DNA of 64,000 nt, from assembly GCA_950097015.1 (NCBI GenBank), contig CATNEN010000039.1, forward strand, positions 2,604,001 through 2,668,000, given 5' to 3'. The notes below the pieces were generated by a model that saw only the letters and a list, made by a program, of their open reading frames with translations, did no database searches and was not told where the DNA came from. Made by a program: the position numbers and the translations under genes. Positions 23,459 through 36,654 of this stretch are shown here, piece after piece (the stretch's first letter is position 1; each line of letters opens with the position of its first letter). Source of the DNA: Macrostomum hystrix. Lineage: Eukaryota; Animalia; Platyhelminthes.

Positions 23459-26203
23459 ATGATTGCCGATGACTCTGAGAGTACACTGACAGCCGGTCTG
23501 CTCAGGGCGATGGGCACGGAAGCGCGCCAGATCGCTCTGCGACCAACCACGGGCCTGACCCGGCGTGCGCGCCTGGCCAAGCCGACAGCTCCGCTGCCGG
23601 TTGATGAGGAAGACAGCGCAGCCGACGGTCTCCAGCTGCCGCTGATTGACGACGGTCGGCGTCGGCGACATCGGAAAAGAGCTCCGACCGGCAGGTCGAG
23701 TCCGGATCGCCTGGCAGCACTCGGAACCAGACGCCTTGGCTCCATTGAAGTCCGCACCTCCGTCGAGTGGATCGGCGATGATCGCCTCGCCCGCCTGTCG
23801 CTCGGCGCAAGCGGCGGTGTGGGCGCGGGACCAGCGGCTGCCCGGGGTCCCCTGCGCGTTGAGTCCGCTGAGGGCGAGGGTCGAGTCGAGCGCGAAATCG
23901 CGTCATCGCGTCCCGCCACCGCGGCCTCCTGGCGACGCTTGTCGTCTCCGACGAAGCCGACAGACGGCGAGTCAGCGGGCCACACGCGATACGCTGTGCT
24001 CAATGGCCGCACTCGCACCGAGGCCAGCGACTTTGACGCTTTCAGGCGGCGCTACAGCCGCACCGGAGACTGGGGCCGAGTCTCCCATGCGGCCTGCTGC
24101 ATGGAGCACTTCCTGACGGCCTATGCCGTGCCTGTAGCCTTCGTCAACGGTGAAAAGCTGGCCGCGCTAGCCGAGCAGCTGGACGAACTCAACGGAGCTT
24201 GCCATCGTCGACCCACAGTCGCCCAGCTGCTTGATTGCCTCATCAATCGATCAGACATCGCGAAGTTGGTCTCGCAGCCCGGACGGCGCTTCTCAGGGCC
24301 GCGTGGCGTCCACCGGGCCTGCGTCCTGATTCAGGCCAGGTGGAGGGGAGTTCGGCAGCGCCGGCGCTACCTGGAGTTGCAGCGCAGACGCGCAGCAGCC
24401 GGCGTCATCGCCATGCAGTGGCTGGCCCTCCTGCGTCGAAGAGCAGCTTCAGAGCGGCTGCGCAAAGCCAGAGCGCAACACCTTGAAGGATATATGCGCC
24501 GGCTGCGGCTGCTGACCAAGAACTGGGCGGACTGGCAGCGCCATCGTCGGGTAGTTGTGCACATTCCATCGCTGGGCTACTCGCAGAGCGTCCGACAGCG
24601 CTTTGGCGAGGACATCGGCCAGCTGCAGGCCACCCAGATGGGGCGCCTCTGCGAAATCCGCGACCCAAATGTTGACATTGTTCTGGTCTGCCCGCTGCCG
24701 CTCAGCCCGGAGGTGGCACAGTACTACAGCCGGCTGGCTGGCCTGCAGGCCGCGATCAGGTCCGGCCAGGCGGAGGACCAGACCGATGCCAGCAGACGCT
24801 TTCGTCTGGTTGTGCCCGAGGCGGTGGGCCAGTTCTCACGGCATCGACTGTGCCTGTCAACTCTGCTCAGCTACTCACCCAAGGCGCTCGGGCAGATTCG
24901 CGAGGTCGTGCAGGGTCGCAGGGCGTACATCGTGCCGGGCCTGGCCTGCGAGGACGACCTGGCGGTGGCCGATAAGCTGGACGTTCCGATCCTCTGTCCG
25001 GAGCCCGCCGCGGTGCGGCAATTTAATCGAAGCGCCGGTGTCAGCGAGCTGCTGCGGGCTGCCGGGCTCCCGACACCTCCAGGCGAGGCTGGGCTGGCCG
25101 CCTCCATGGACTGTCTGGCCAACAGCTTGGCGCGACTCATCGCTGGAAGCCTTGACATCCGGCATTGGCTGGTGACGCTTGAAGATTCCGACAGAGAAGA
25201 CGCGGCGATCAGCCAACGCCAGGTGAATGCCGACCGCCTGCCTTGCCACCAGTGGGCGATTGTAGAGCGTCAGAGGTTCGGCGACACCTGGTCGACGCCT
25301 TGGGCTCAGGAGCGGGTCATGTCGAAGATCGTCGACGAACTTCTGCAGTCAGACTCCGCAGGTCTGGGTGCGCAGTGCGGCCAAGAATTCCTGAAGGAGT
25401 TTGCCACACGCGGGGGCTTCGTGCAGGCCTGCCCAGACCGCCAGGCTGTCATAGTCAGCGCCGACCTGTGCGTGGAGCCCACGGGTGCCGTGCGGCTCGT
25501 CAGCTGCAGCCAAGGAGGCGGCGGCGGTCCCACTCGCGTGCCACAGTCGGCGCTGGCTCCTGCCAGGTTGACCGAATTCTGCAGCCGCCTCGGCGCCGCC
25601 TGCTTCGCAAGGCGGCTGGTTGGCTACGCGAGCGTGGAGTTCGCAGTTTCGCAGGCGGACGACGGCTCTACGGAGAACGTTTGGACAACCGGCTTGCGGC
25701 TGAACTACAGCGACACGGCGGCCATGACTCAGCTGCTGCAGTTTGCCACCAATTCGAGCCTGGATCCAGTCGGGCACGAGCTGACAATGAGACGTCGCAT
25801 TCCCGGAGGTGGCGGCGGCGGCGGTGGACGGAGCCGACCAAAGACGGCCGCAGCGTCGGTTGGCCCGGCAGTGAATTCGCAGCGTCGATTCGCCGCGCTG
25901 TCATCCAGTCTGTGGCACTCGGGCCTGTCAACGGTCAACTTTGGCGTCTTCTTCCAGCTGTGCAAGGCCCGCGGAGTCGGGTTTGACATCGCCGATCTCA
26001 CTGGCACCGTGTTCTGCCTGGTGGACTCAGCCAGGCGAGATCGGCTCAGCCTGCTGACCGTGTCGGACCAGCCGGAGCGGGCCGCGGCCGAGTTCGCGCG
26101 CGTCCTGGCCATCGTCAACGAGGAGCTGGGCGCCGAGGCGCCGTCAAACTTTGCCAACTTCCTGACACGCACTAACGAGACCAAGAAGCAGGCAGAGCGA
26201 TAG
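23459..26203 (+). CDS. IQCH: IQ motif-containing protein H (intronless ORF, 914 aa)
   Basis: IQ motif LIQARWRGVRQRRRY; VVHIPSLGYSQ, QMGRLCEIRDPNVD, LCLSTLLSYSPKA and DDLAVADKLDVPIL match IQCH. The start Met is uncertain. Confidence 0.9.
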   Translation: MIADDSESTLTAGLLRAMGTEARQIALRPTTGLTRRARLAKPTAPLPVDEEDSAADGLQLPLIDDGRRRRHRKRAPTGRSSPDRLAALGTRRLGSIEVRTSVEWIGDDRLARLSLGASGGVGAGPAAARGPLRVESAEGEGRVEREIASSRPATAASWRRLSSPTKPTDGESAGHTRYAVLNGRTRTEASDFDAFRRRYSRTGDWGRVSHAACCMEHFLTAYAVPVAFVNGEKLAALAEQLDELNGACHRRPTVAQLLDCLINRSDIAKLVSQPGRRFSGPRGVHRACVLIQARWRGVRQRRRYLELQRRRAAAGVIAMQWLALLRRRAASERLRKARAQHLEGYMRRLRLLTKNWADWQRHRRVVVHIPSLGYSQSVRQRFGEDIGQLQATQMGRLCEIRDPNVDIVLVCPLPLSPEVAQYYSRLAGLQAAIRSGQAEDQTDASRRFRLVVPEAVGQFSRHRLCLSTLLSYSPKALGQIREVVQGRRAYIVPGLACEDDLAVADKLDVPILCPEPAAVRQFNRSAGVSELLRAAGLPTPPGEAGLAASMDCLANSLARLIAGSLDIRHWLVTLEDSDREDAAISQRQVNADRLPCHQWAIVERQRFGDTWSTPWAQERVMSKIVDELLQSDSAGLGAQCGQEFLKEFATRGGFVQACPDRQAVIVSADLCVEPTGAVRLVSCSQGGGGGPTRVPQSALAPARLTEFCSRLGAACFARRLVGYASVEFAVSQADDGSTENVWTTGLRLNYSDTAAMTQLLQFATNSSLDPVGHELTMRRRIPGGGGGGGGRSRPKTAAASVGPAVNSQRRFAALSSSLWHSGLSTVNFGVFFQLCKARGVGFDIADLTGTVFCLVDSARRDRLSLLTVSDQPERAAAEFARVLAIVNEELGAEAPSNFANFLTRTNETKKQAER

Positions 26204-26494
26204 AAAAGCTCTCTGCCCTTTGGCTGTGCAACTTATTTCTACTTATAGTAGGCAGATTTTGAGAAACTCAAACAAAGCTGGATGCTCTGTTGCATTTTTT
26301 TCTTCGTTAACTAGGTTAACAAAGTTTTAGTGTTTATATTTTTGCTGGTGATAAATTAGAAAACAAAGTGTAAAAATAACTAACAACAGAATATAACCAC
26401 TTCTGACTTCCTTTTTTACTCCCCTGTGTCCCAAGAAATCCGTCTGCCTCTGCGGCTTTTTAACAAAACCCAGTAGCCTCTTTGAAAATCCCTT

Positions 26495-26875
26495 TGATTT
26501 CTAAGAAATCATACGATTTCTAAGATATTCGATGGCCTAGATAAAAAGCCCGTGACACTGCCCACATGACCCCGTTGTCTTAAAAAAGCGATAAAAAATC
26601 CCATTGCTTTTATAAGGATTCGCACGGTTTCTAAGATGACCGATAGCCTCGCTTAAAAATCTCAGTTTCTAAGAAATCCCACAGTTTCTAAGAAATAACA
26701 ATTTCTGAGAAATCCCACAATTTCTAATAAATCCCACAATTTCTAACAAATCTCCAAATTTCTAAGAAATCCGAAGTCTGTCTAGAAAAATCCCAGTGAC
26801 TCTAAGAAATCCCACAGTTTTTAAGTAATCCGATAGCCCTCTTAAAAAATACCCCGCCTTTCTAAGAAATCAGAT
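26495..26875. repeat. Degenerate ~18-20-bp tandem repeat (TTTCTAAGAAATCCCACA)n
   Basis: TTTCTAAGAAATC recurs repeatedly between IQCH and ENT4. Confidence 0.8.
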
Positions 26876-27440
26876 ATTCTTCAGGCCACAAGCCAGACAA
26901 GCCAGCCCGAAAATAAATATCTCACTGCATTCCCAGGATTCTAGTTGCACTAGTTGGCCAATTAGGCTAAGCGATCGCGCCTCCAATTCCGATCGAATCC
27001 CTCTGCGCCTTTAATCCTCTCTGCACTGAGGCACTGCAGGAATTCCGCTGCCTGCACCTCGGGAACGCGAGAGGCCGCAGCTGGTGCGGATGCCTTCCGC
27101 GCTCTCCGCGTCTCTTCTGCCCCCCCGGAGAAGCAAGTTGATAGCAGGGGGAGAACTGGATGGCCAACCCTCACCCGGCACGCTCATAGCCGATCCCAAA
27201 AGCCCTCCCCCAGCTTCCACCCGCTTCCCCTCATCAGCCACAGCGCGCGCGTACAGGCAGGGGACAGAGGGGATGACAGGAGGGGAAAGGAAAGGACGCA
27301 CACAGCAGAGGGAGCGGGTTGTATGGCGGCGGTGCATCGGAGGGCAGTTTCGTCCCTGCGTGAAAGTTTTTAACAAGGCCAACGCAGCAACGCCTCGGCT
27401 TGCTGAGCAGGATTTGTGAGCTGAGTCCCAGAGTCCAAGC

Positions 27441-30400
27441 ATGGATCCCGCAATGTACACGTCAATCAGCCTGAACGATGACGCCGCTATTGAACGTCGT
27501 CAGCAGACAAGGTCACTCACTGGCGGCTCGTCGTCGATTCGTCGACCGGACAGCTTGGCGATGCCGCGAGCAGCCGCAGCGATGGCGGCGACCCAGGAAG
27601 AAGCTGACGAAGCTGAGGAGGCCGATGAGCAGCTGCGCAGACATCGGCACCGGGAGCTGGACGATGACGCGGACTCAGACAGTCCTCGGGGAGCTCCCGG
27701 CGAGCTGCAGGACCGCTACCACCTGGTCTACCTGTCCATGGTCCTGGCAGGCATTGGCTTCCTGCTGCCCTACAACAGCTTCGTGAACGCGGTGGACTTT
27801 TATCAGCAGCGATTCGACAGCCACCTGATTGTGTTTGACATCAGCATGACGTACATCAGCGTGATGCTGCTCAGTGTGCTGCTCACCAACATGCTGGTGA
27901 ACCGAGTCCACCTGCGCTGGCGAATCACCTTCGGCTACATGCTGTCTATTGTGCTGCTATTCCTGACCACCTTCTTTGACATCATCCTGAATGTCTTCCC
28001 CGCCGACTGGTCGTACCGCCTGACCCTCATGAGCGCTGGGGTGGTGTCGCTCGGATGCACAAGTGAGCAGCATGGATTTTATCTGAGAATTCTCTCATTC
28101 GGAATCTCACATCAATCTCACCTAAGAAATCCGAAATCTCACTGGCGATCCCCTTTTCCAATCATCGTCCCGACAGTCCAGCAGTCGAGCTTCTACGGCT
28201 ACGCCTCGCTGCTGCCTCGCCGCTACACCCAGGCGGTGATGCTGGGCGAGAGCTGCGCCGGCTTCATCGTGTCGATGAACCGCATCGTGACGAAGAGTGC
28301 CGTGACTGCGGCGACGCCCAGCACGGCCCTGTTCTTCATCATGTCCAGCTGCATGCTGCTGCTGTGCCTGCTGACCTTCACGCTGGCCGTCAAGTCGCAG
28401 TTTGTTCGCCAATTTATTCGACCGACGCGACAGTCGGCCACGCCGGTGGCGACAGACGAGGACGAAGTTCTTCAAGGATCTCAACAATCGCGGCTGGCGT
28501 CAGACTGGGAGCAGGAGAACCCGGCCTTCCAGCCCGAGATGATGGACCTCGGCGACATGGAAGCTGACGAAGCTGCGGCTGAAGCTGGATCAGATCAAGC
28601 ACAGCGGGGCAGTGTGCTGGCTGACAATGTGCCAGTAACTGCAGTCAGGCAACAGCAGCAGCAGTGGCAGCATCGGACTCACCAGCTCGTAGAAAGTGAG
28701 TAGATAATGAGAGAATTGATCTTGAAAATATTTGAACTCCTCTGATCAGATCTCATTAATCATCATTGAGCTTCATTGTTCCAAATAATATAAAAGCTGG
28801 AGCCAGTCAAAATTTAGAAATGAGGCAAAACTGAGGATACAACGTCCTCACACTCTGCACCGGTCACCCGTTTGCTACAAAAGATATTGTCATTACTTAC
28901 GACAACCATCCCGCTTCGTTCAGCAGCTACCTCATTCGATTCAATAAACTTTTCAACACTCTTTTATACAACAATCCCACTCCTTTTAAATCCCTTTAAC
29001 CACTAGCCCTCTCGGGTCAACAACCACCTCACCCCATTCAACAACCACCCACTCCTTTTACAAGCCACCTCACTCCATTCAACAACCACCCACTCCTTCT
29101 ACCAACCACCTCACTCCATTACCAACCACCTCACTCCATTACCAACCACCTCACTCCATTACCAACCACCTCACTCCATTCAACAACCACCCCACTCCTT
29201 CTACCAACCACCTCACTCCATTCAACAACCACCCAAGCTAAATAAAACAGCTAAAATGGTAGCCTAAGAGCTCAACCCACCAACTCATCATCATCGCTGA
29301 GCAGCCGGACTGCAGCTCCGTATTAGCGTGGCCCACAGCATCTGGCTGTACATGGCCGCCATCGCCATCTGCTACCTCGTCAGCCTGAGCCTATTTCCCG
29401 GCATCGAGTCTGAGATCCCGTCATGCCGGCTACGCGACTGGATGCCAGTGCTGCTCATGGCGGTGTTCAACGGCAGCGATCTGGTCGGCAAGCTGCTGGC
29501 CGCGTTCCCGATCGCGTGGCGCGGCGGCCCCCTGCTGGCGTGCTCCCTGTTCCGCGCTTGCCTCGTGCCGCTGTTCATGAGCAGCGCCAGCCCGCGCCAG
29601 AAGCCGCACATCAGCAGCGAGTCCTGGGCCTGCTTTGTCACCGCCCTGCTCGGCGCCAGCAACGGGTACTTCGGCAGCCTGCCGATGATCAACGCGCCGA
29701 AGATGGTGCAGAGCTCACACCGGGAGATCGCAGGTGAGCTTTTATTTACGGAGCAAAGACAGCTCGCGTGGACAGGAAATGCATCAGGGCGGAGGCACTG
29801 GCGAAATTTCTGAAGCCCAGAAATCTACAACAGCACCGACAACTCATTAGCATATAGACAGGCAAAAAGCTAACGAATGGACAGGATGCGCACAGTCGGT
29901 CAGGATGCTCTCGAAGAAATTTGAGAGGCTCGTAGGCTACCTAAAATGCTATGGTTTTCACTTTTTCTCTGCAAAAATTAGGATACTTAGGGATGGTTGC
30001 TCAAGTAACAAAGACAGATCTATAGCTATTTGATATTAGATACTTAATATTTGATGCTATTTGATACAACACATTTACCAGTCCAGTCTACCATAACCCT
30101 ACTACCAGTCACAACTACCCCACTCCAAAACAGAACCACCTCACTCCATGCAACAACCACCTCACTCCCTACCCCAACCACCCCACTCCTTTTCGCAACG
30201 CCCTCACTCCCAGGCAGGACCACCTCACTCCCTACAACAACCACCTTACTCCCTGTCATAACCACCCACTCCCTTTCGCAACGTCCTCACTCCCAGGCAG
30301 GACCACCTCACTCCCTGCAACAACCACATCATTTACTGCAACAACCACCTCACTCCTTGCAACAACAACCACACTCCTTGCAGCAACCACCTCACTCCCT

Positions 30401-30592
30401 GCAACAACCACCTCCACTCCCTTTACCCACATGACAGGCAACCTCATGACCTTGAGCTACAGTGTGGGCCTCACCGCGGGCAGCGGGCTCTCCTATTGGC
30501 TGGACGATCTTCTGGGCCCGATACCGGCCAAGCTGCAGCCGTGGCAGTATGCGTGCGGAGATTATAATGTCAGTCACGTGATCGGTCACTGA
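27441..30592 (+). CDS. SLC29A4: Equilibrative nucleoside transporter 4 (PMAT)-like, ~574 aa, 4 exons
   Basis: Exons 27441-28062, 28177-28695, 29305-29733, 30438-30592 (1725 nt). Motifs DRYHLVYLSMVLAGIGFLLPYNSF, QQSSFYGY, RYTQAVMLGES, LFPGIESEI, SNGYFGSLPMI, AGNLMTLSY. Confidence 0.93.
28970..29235. repeat. ~20-bp C-rich intronic repeat (ACCAACCACCTCACTCCATT)n
   Basis: ENT4 intron 2. Confidence 0.85.
30085..30430. repeat. ~21-bp C-rich intronic repeat (CAACAACCACCTCACTCCCTG)n
   Basis: ENT4 intron 3; related to the intron-2 unit; abuts the acceptor at 30437. Confidence 0.85.
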
Positions 30593-31029
30593 TCGATTTC
30601 TCGCACATCTGTTTTTATTTCTGTACAGTTTTTTAATACAAAATTTTGTTGTAAATGAATATGTAAATTTTTATCTGATTCCATTCAGAAATTCAAATTC
30701 CTTATTTTAAAATCTGTTTCAAATTTTCAACTTTGCAATCAAATTTGTTTTCTTAGACCTAAAAAATGTCTGAGCTGTGGGAACTTTAAAAGCATGAATG
30801 ACACTGGAGAATTTCTAATTGGTTCTTCATCATCATCAATTGGCATTGCTAGTACAGACTCAAATAGTCAGATAATTAAAATTTTACAAAAAAATTGCTC
30901 AGAAATGTTCTCATATTCATGGTTGTCGTTCACTGCATACCGTCCATTTAGTGTCGCAATGTTTTTTTCACGGACTTTATTTGAACTTTCACTGGTGCAT
31001 AGTTTGCCAGGAATTAGATCACATCTTTT

Positions 31030-34000
31030 AGTTTGACAGGATTTGGTTTGACAGGATTTAGAATGACAGGATTTAGTATGACAGGATTTAGTATGACAGG
31101 ATGACAGGATTTAGTATGACAGGATTTAGTATGACAGGATTTAGTATGACAGGATTTAGTTTGACAGGATTTGGTTTGACAGGATTTAGTATGACAGGAT
31201 TTAGTATGACAGGATTTAGTTTGACAGGATTTAGTATGACAGGATTTAGTTTGACAGGATTTAGTTTGACAGGATTTAGTATGACAGGATTTAGTATGAC
31301 AGGATTTAGTATGACAGGATTTGGTTTGACAGGATTTAGTTTGACAGGATTTAGTTTGACAGGATTTAGTTTGACAGGATCTAGTATGACAGGATTTTGT
31401 TTGACAGGATTTAGTTTGACAGGATTTAGTATGACAGGATTTAGTATGACAGGATGACAGGATTTAGATTGACAGGATTTAGTATGACAGGATTTAGATT
31501 GACAGGATTTAGATTGACAGGATTTAGATTGACAGGATTTAGATTGACTGGATTTAGTTTGACAGGATTTAGATTGACAGGATTTAGATTGACAGGATTT
31601 AGATTGACAGGATTTAGATTGACAGGATTTAGTTTGACAGGATTTAGTTTGACAGGATTTAGTATGACAGGATTTAGTATGACAGGATTTAGTTTGACAG
31701 GATGACAGGATTTAGATTGACAGGATTTAGTATGACAGGATTTAGTATGACAGGATTTAGATTGACAGGATTTAGATTGACAGGATTTAGATTGACTGGA
31801 TTTAGTATGACAGGATTTAGATTGGCAGGATTTAGATTGACAGGATTTGGTTTGACAGGATTTAGTATGACAGGATTTAGTATGACAGGATTTAGTTTGA
31901 CAGGATTTAGTATGACAGGATTTAGTTTGACAGGATTTAGTTTGACAGGATTTAGTATGACAGGATTTAGTATGACAGGATTTAGTATGACAGGATTTGG
32001 TTTGACAGGATTTAGTTTGACAGGATTTAGTTTGACAGGATTTAGTTTGACAGGATCTAGTATGACAGGATTTTGTTTGACAGGATTTAGTTTGACAGGA
32101 TTTAGTATGACAGGATTTAGTATGACAGGATGACAGGATTTAGATTGACAGGATTTAGTATGACAGGATTTAGATTGACAGGATTTAGATTGACAGGATT
32201 TAGATTGACAGGATTTAGATTGACTGGATTTAGTTTGACAGGATTTAGATTGACAGGATTTAGATTGACAGGATTTAGATTGACAGGATTTAGATTGACA
32301 GGATTTAGTTTGACAGGATTTAGTTTGACAGGATTTAGTATGACAGGATTTAGTATGACAGGATTTAGTTTGACAGGATGACAGGATTTAGATTGACAGG
32401 ATTTAGTATGACAGGATTTAGTATGACAGGATTTAGATTGACAGGATTTAGATTGACAGGATTTAGATTGACTGGATTTAGTATGACAGGATTTAGATTG
32501 GCAGGATTTAGATTGACAGGATTTAGATTGACAGGATTTAGATTGACAGGATTTAGATTGACAGGATTTAGATTGACAGGATTTAGATTCACAGGATTTA
32601 GTTTGACAGGATTTAGTTTGACAGGATTTAGTATGACAGGATTTAGATTGACAGGATTTAATATGACAGGATTTAGCATGACAGGATTTAGTTTGACAGG
32701 ATTTAGTATGACAGGATTTAGTTTGACAGGATTTAGTATGACAGGATTTAGTATGACAGGATTTAGTTTGACAGGATTTAGTATGCCAGGATTTAGTATG
32801 ACAGGATGATAGGATTTAGTATGACAGGATTTAGTATGACAGGATTTAGTATGACAGGATTTATATTGACAGGGTTTAGTTTGACAGGATTTGGTTGGAC
32901 AGGATTTGTTTTGACAGGATTTGGTATGACAGGATTTAGTTTGACAGGATTTAGTATGACAGGATTTACTCGTAGTATGAGAGTATTTAGTATGACAGGA
33001 TTTAGTATGACAGGATTTAGTATGACAGGGTTTAGTTTGACAGGATTTGGTTGGACAGGATTTGGTTTGACAGGATTTAGTATGACAGGATTTAGTATGA
33101 CAGGATTTAGTATGACAGGATTTAGTATGACAGGATTTAGTATGACAGGATTTAGTATGACAGGATTTAGTATGACAGGATTTAGTATGACAGGATTTAG
33201 TTTGACAGGATTTAGTATGACAGGATTTAGTTTGACAGGATTTAGTATGACAGGATTTAGTATGACAGGATTTAGATTGACAGGATTTAATATGACAGGA
33301 TTTAGCATGACAGGATTTAGTTTGACAGGATTTAGTATGACAGGATTTAGTTTGACAGGATTTAGTATGACAGGATTTAGTATGACAGGATTTAGTTTGA
33401 CAGGATTTAGTATGCCAGGATTTAGTATGACAGGATGATAGGATTTAGTATGACAGGATTTAGTATGACAGGATTTAGTATGACAGGATTTATATTGACA
33501 GGGTTTAGTTTGACAGGATTTGGTTGGACAGGATTTGGTTTGACAGGATTTAGTATGACAGGATTTAGTATGACAGGATTTAGTATGACAGGATTTAGTA
33601 TGACAGGATTTAGTATGACAGGATTTAGTATGACAGGATTTAGTATGACAGGATTTAGTATGACAGGATTTAGTTTGACAGGATTTAGTATGACAGGATT
33701 TAGTTTGACAGGATTTAGTATGACAGGATTTAGTATGACAGGATTTAGATTGACAGGATTTAATATGACAGGATTTAGCATGACAGGATTTAGTTTGACA
33801 GGATTTAGTATGACAGGATTTAGTTTGACAGGATTTAGTATGACAGGATTTAGTATGACAGGATTTAGTTTGACAGGATTTAGTATGCCAGGATTTAGTA
33901 TGACAGGATGATAGGATTTAGTATGACAGGATTTAGTATGACAGGATTTAGTATGACAGGATTTAGTATGACAGGGTTTAGTTTGACAGGATTTGGTTGG

Positions 34001-34915
34001 ACAGGATTTGGTTTGACAGGATTTAGTATGACAGGATTTAGTATGACAGGATTTAGTATGACAGGATTTAGTATGACAGGATTTAGTATGACAGGGTTTA
34101 GTTTGACAGGATTTAGTTTGACAGGATTTAGTATGACAGGATTTAGTATGACAGGATTTAGTATGACAGGATTTAGTATGACAGGATTTAGTATGACAGG
34201 ATTTAGTATGACAGGGTTTAGTTTGACAGGATTTGGTTGGACAGGATTTGGTTTGACAGGATTTAGTATGACAGGATTTAGTATGACAGGATTTAGTATG
34301 ACAGGATTTAGTATGACAGGATTTAGTATGACAGGATTTAGTATGACAGGATTTAGTATGACAGGATTTAGTATGACAGGATTTAGTATGACAGGATTTA
34401 GTTTGACAGGATTTAGTATGACAGGATTTAGTTTGACAGGATTTAGTATGACAGGATTTAGTTTGACAGGATTTAGTATGACAGGATTTAGTATGACAGG
34501 ATTTAGTATGACAGGATTTAGTATGACAGGATTTAGTATGACAGGATTTAGTATGACAGGATTTAGTTTGACAGGATTTAGTATGACAGGATTTAGTTTG
34601 ACAGGATTTAGTATGACAGGATTTAGTATGACAGGATTTAGTATGACAGGGTTTAGTTTGACAGGATTTGGTTGGACAGGATTTGGTTTGACAGGATTTA
34701 GTATGACAGGATTTAGTATGACAGGATTTAGTATGACAGGATTTAGTATGACAGGATTTAGTTTGACAGGATTTAGTATGGCAGGATTTAGTATGACAGG
34801 ATTTATTTTGACAGGATTTAGTATGACAGGATTTAGTATGACAGGATTTAGTATGACAGGATTTAGTATGACAGGATTTAGTATGACAGGATTTAGTATG
34901 ACAGGATTTAGGTTA
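31030..34915. repeat. ~3.9-kb 15-bp satellite (TGACAGGATTTAGTA)n with higher-order structure
   Basis: 15-bp period with GTA/GTT/GAT variants and occasional short 8-bp units. Confidence 0.98.
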
Positions 34916-35171
34916 GTTTCAATGTAGAGACTTATTGACTAATAGTTTTACTAGGAGCTTTCAGTGTTGTGTGCGTTAAAAAATGGATAAGTCAAAAAAA
35001 ACATTTTCTGCATTCGTCAAAGAAGTGGACTTAAATATTTTTAATCTGTGTGTTCTATCCCGATATATATATTTTATTTGCCTCAAAAATTTGACTCAGA
35101 AGTTTCAGGCCCTCCAATGTCAAGAGACCCACAGAATTTCGAGAATATGCAACGAGATGCTTAGCTATTTG

Positions 35172-36375
35172 ATTGGTAGCTACTTGTGTAGCCTGATAGG
35201 TAGCTACTAGTGTAGCCTGATAGGTAGCTACTAGTGTAGCCTGATAGGTAGCTACTTGTGCAGCCTGATAGGTAGCTACTAGTGTAGCCTGATAGGTAGC
35301 TACTAGTGTAGCCTGATAGGTAGCTACTAGTGTAGCCTGATAGGTAGCTACTAGTGTAGCCTGATAGGTAGCTACTAGTGTAGCCTGATAGGTAGCTACT
35401 AGTGTAGCCTGATAGGTAGCTACTAGTGTAGCCTGATAGGTAGCTACTTGTGCAGCCTGATAGGTAGCTACTAGTGTAGCCTGATAGGTAGCTACTAGTG
35501 TAGCCTGATAGGTAGCTACTAGTGTAGCCTGATAGGTAGCTACTTGTGCAGCCTGATAGGTAGCTACTTGTGCAGCCTGATAGGTAGCTACTAGTGTAGC
35601 CTGATAGGTAGCTACTTGTGTAGCCTGATAGGTAGCTACTAGTGTAGCCTGATAGGTAGCTACTAGTGTAGCCTGATAGGTAGCTACTTGTGTAGCCTGA
35701 TAGGTAGCTACTTGTGTAGCCTGATAGGTAGCTACTAGTGTAGCCTGATAGGTAGCTACTTGTGCAGCCTGATAGGTAGCTACTTGTGCAGCCTGATAGG
35801 TAGCTACTAGTGTAGCCTGATAGGTAGCTACTTGTGTAGCCTGATAGGTAGCTACTAGTGTAGCCTGATAGGTAGCTACTTGTGTAGCCTGATAGGTAGC
35901 TACTAGTGTAGCCTGATAGGTAGCTACTTGTGCAGCCTGATAGGTAGCTACTAGTGCAGCCTGATAGGTAGCTACTAGTGTAGCCTGATAGGTAGCTACT
36001 AGTGTAGCCTGATAGGTAGCTACTTGTGTAGCCTGATAGGTAGCTACTAGTGCAGCCTGATAGGTAGCTACTAGTGTAGCCTGATAGGTAGCTACTAGTG
36101 TAGCCTGATAGGTAGCTACTAGTGTTGCTTGATAGGTAGCTACTAGTGTTGCTTGATAGGTAGCTACTAGTGTAGCCTGATAGGTAGCTACTAGTGTAGC
36201 CTGATAGGTAGCTACTAGTGTTGCCTGATAGGTAGCTACTAGTGTAGCCTGATAGGTAGCTACTTGTGTAGCCTGATAGGTAGCTACTAGTGTTGCTTGA
36301 TAGGTAGCTACTAGTGTTGCTTGATAGGTAGCTACTAGTGTTGCTTGATAGGTAGCTACTAGTGTTGCTTGATAG
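35172..36375. repeat. 24-bp minisatellite (GTAGCCTGATAGGTAGCTACTAGT)n
   Basis: 24-bp period with the internal palindrome GTAGCTAC. Confidence 0.97.
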
Positions 36376-36550
36376 GAGAGGCTGTGGTGTGTGAGGAGAG
36401 GCTGTGGTGTGTGAGGAGAGGCTGTGGTGTGTGAGGAGAGGCTGTGGTGTGTGAGGAGAGGCTGTGGTGTGTGAGGAGAGGCTGTGGTGTGTGAGGAGAG
36501 GCTGTGGTGTGTGAGGAGAGGCTGTGGTGTTTGAGGAGAGGCTGTGGTGT
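36375..36550. repeat. 20-bp minisatellite (GGAGAGGCTGTGGTGTGTGA)n
   Basis: Directly fused to the 24-bp array. Confidence 0.95.
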
Positions 36551-36654
36551 TGATGCAGTCATTATTCCAATAGAGAAGAATCGTGGCTCAGTGGTCAGCC
36601 AAAAAGTCCTTAATAGTATCTGCTTCTCTGTCAGACTATCGCTGTTCAGAATTT

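Noticed and set aside
31101-34927. Long (MTGFS)n / (LNPVI)n ORFs resembling pentapeptide-repeat proteins
   Set aside because: By-product of a stop-free 15-bp satellite; frame broken repeatedly by 8-bp units; no unique coding flanks.
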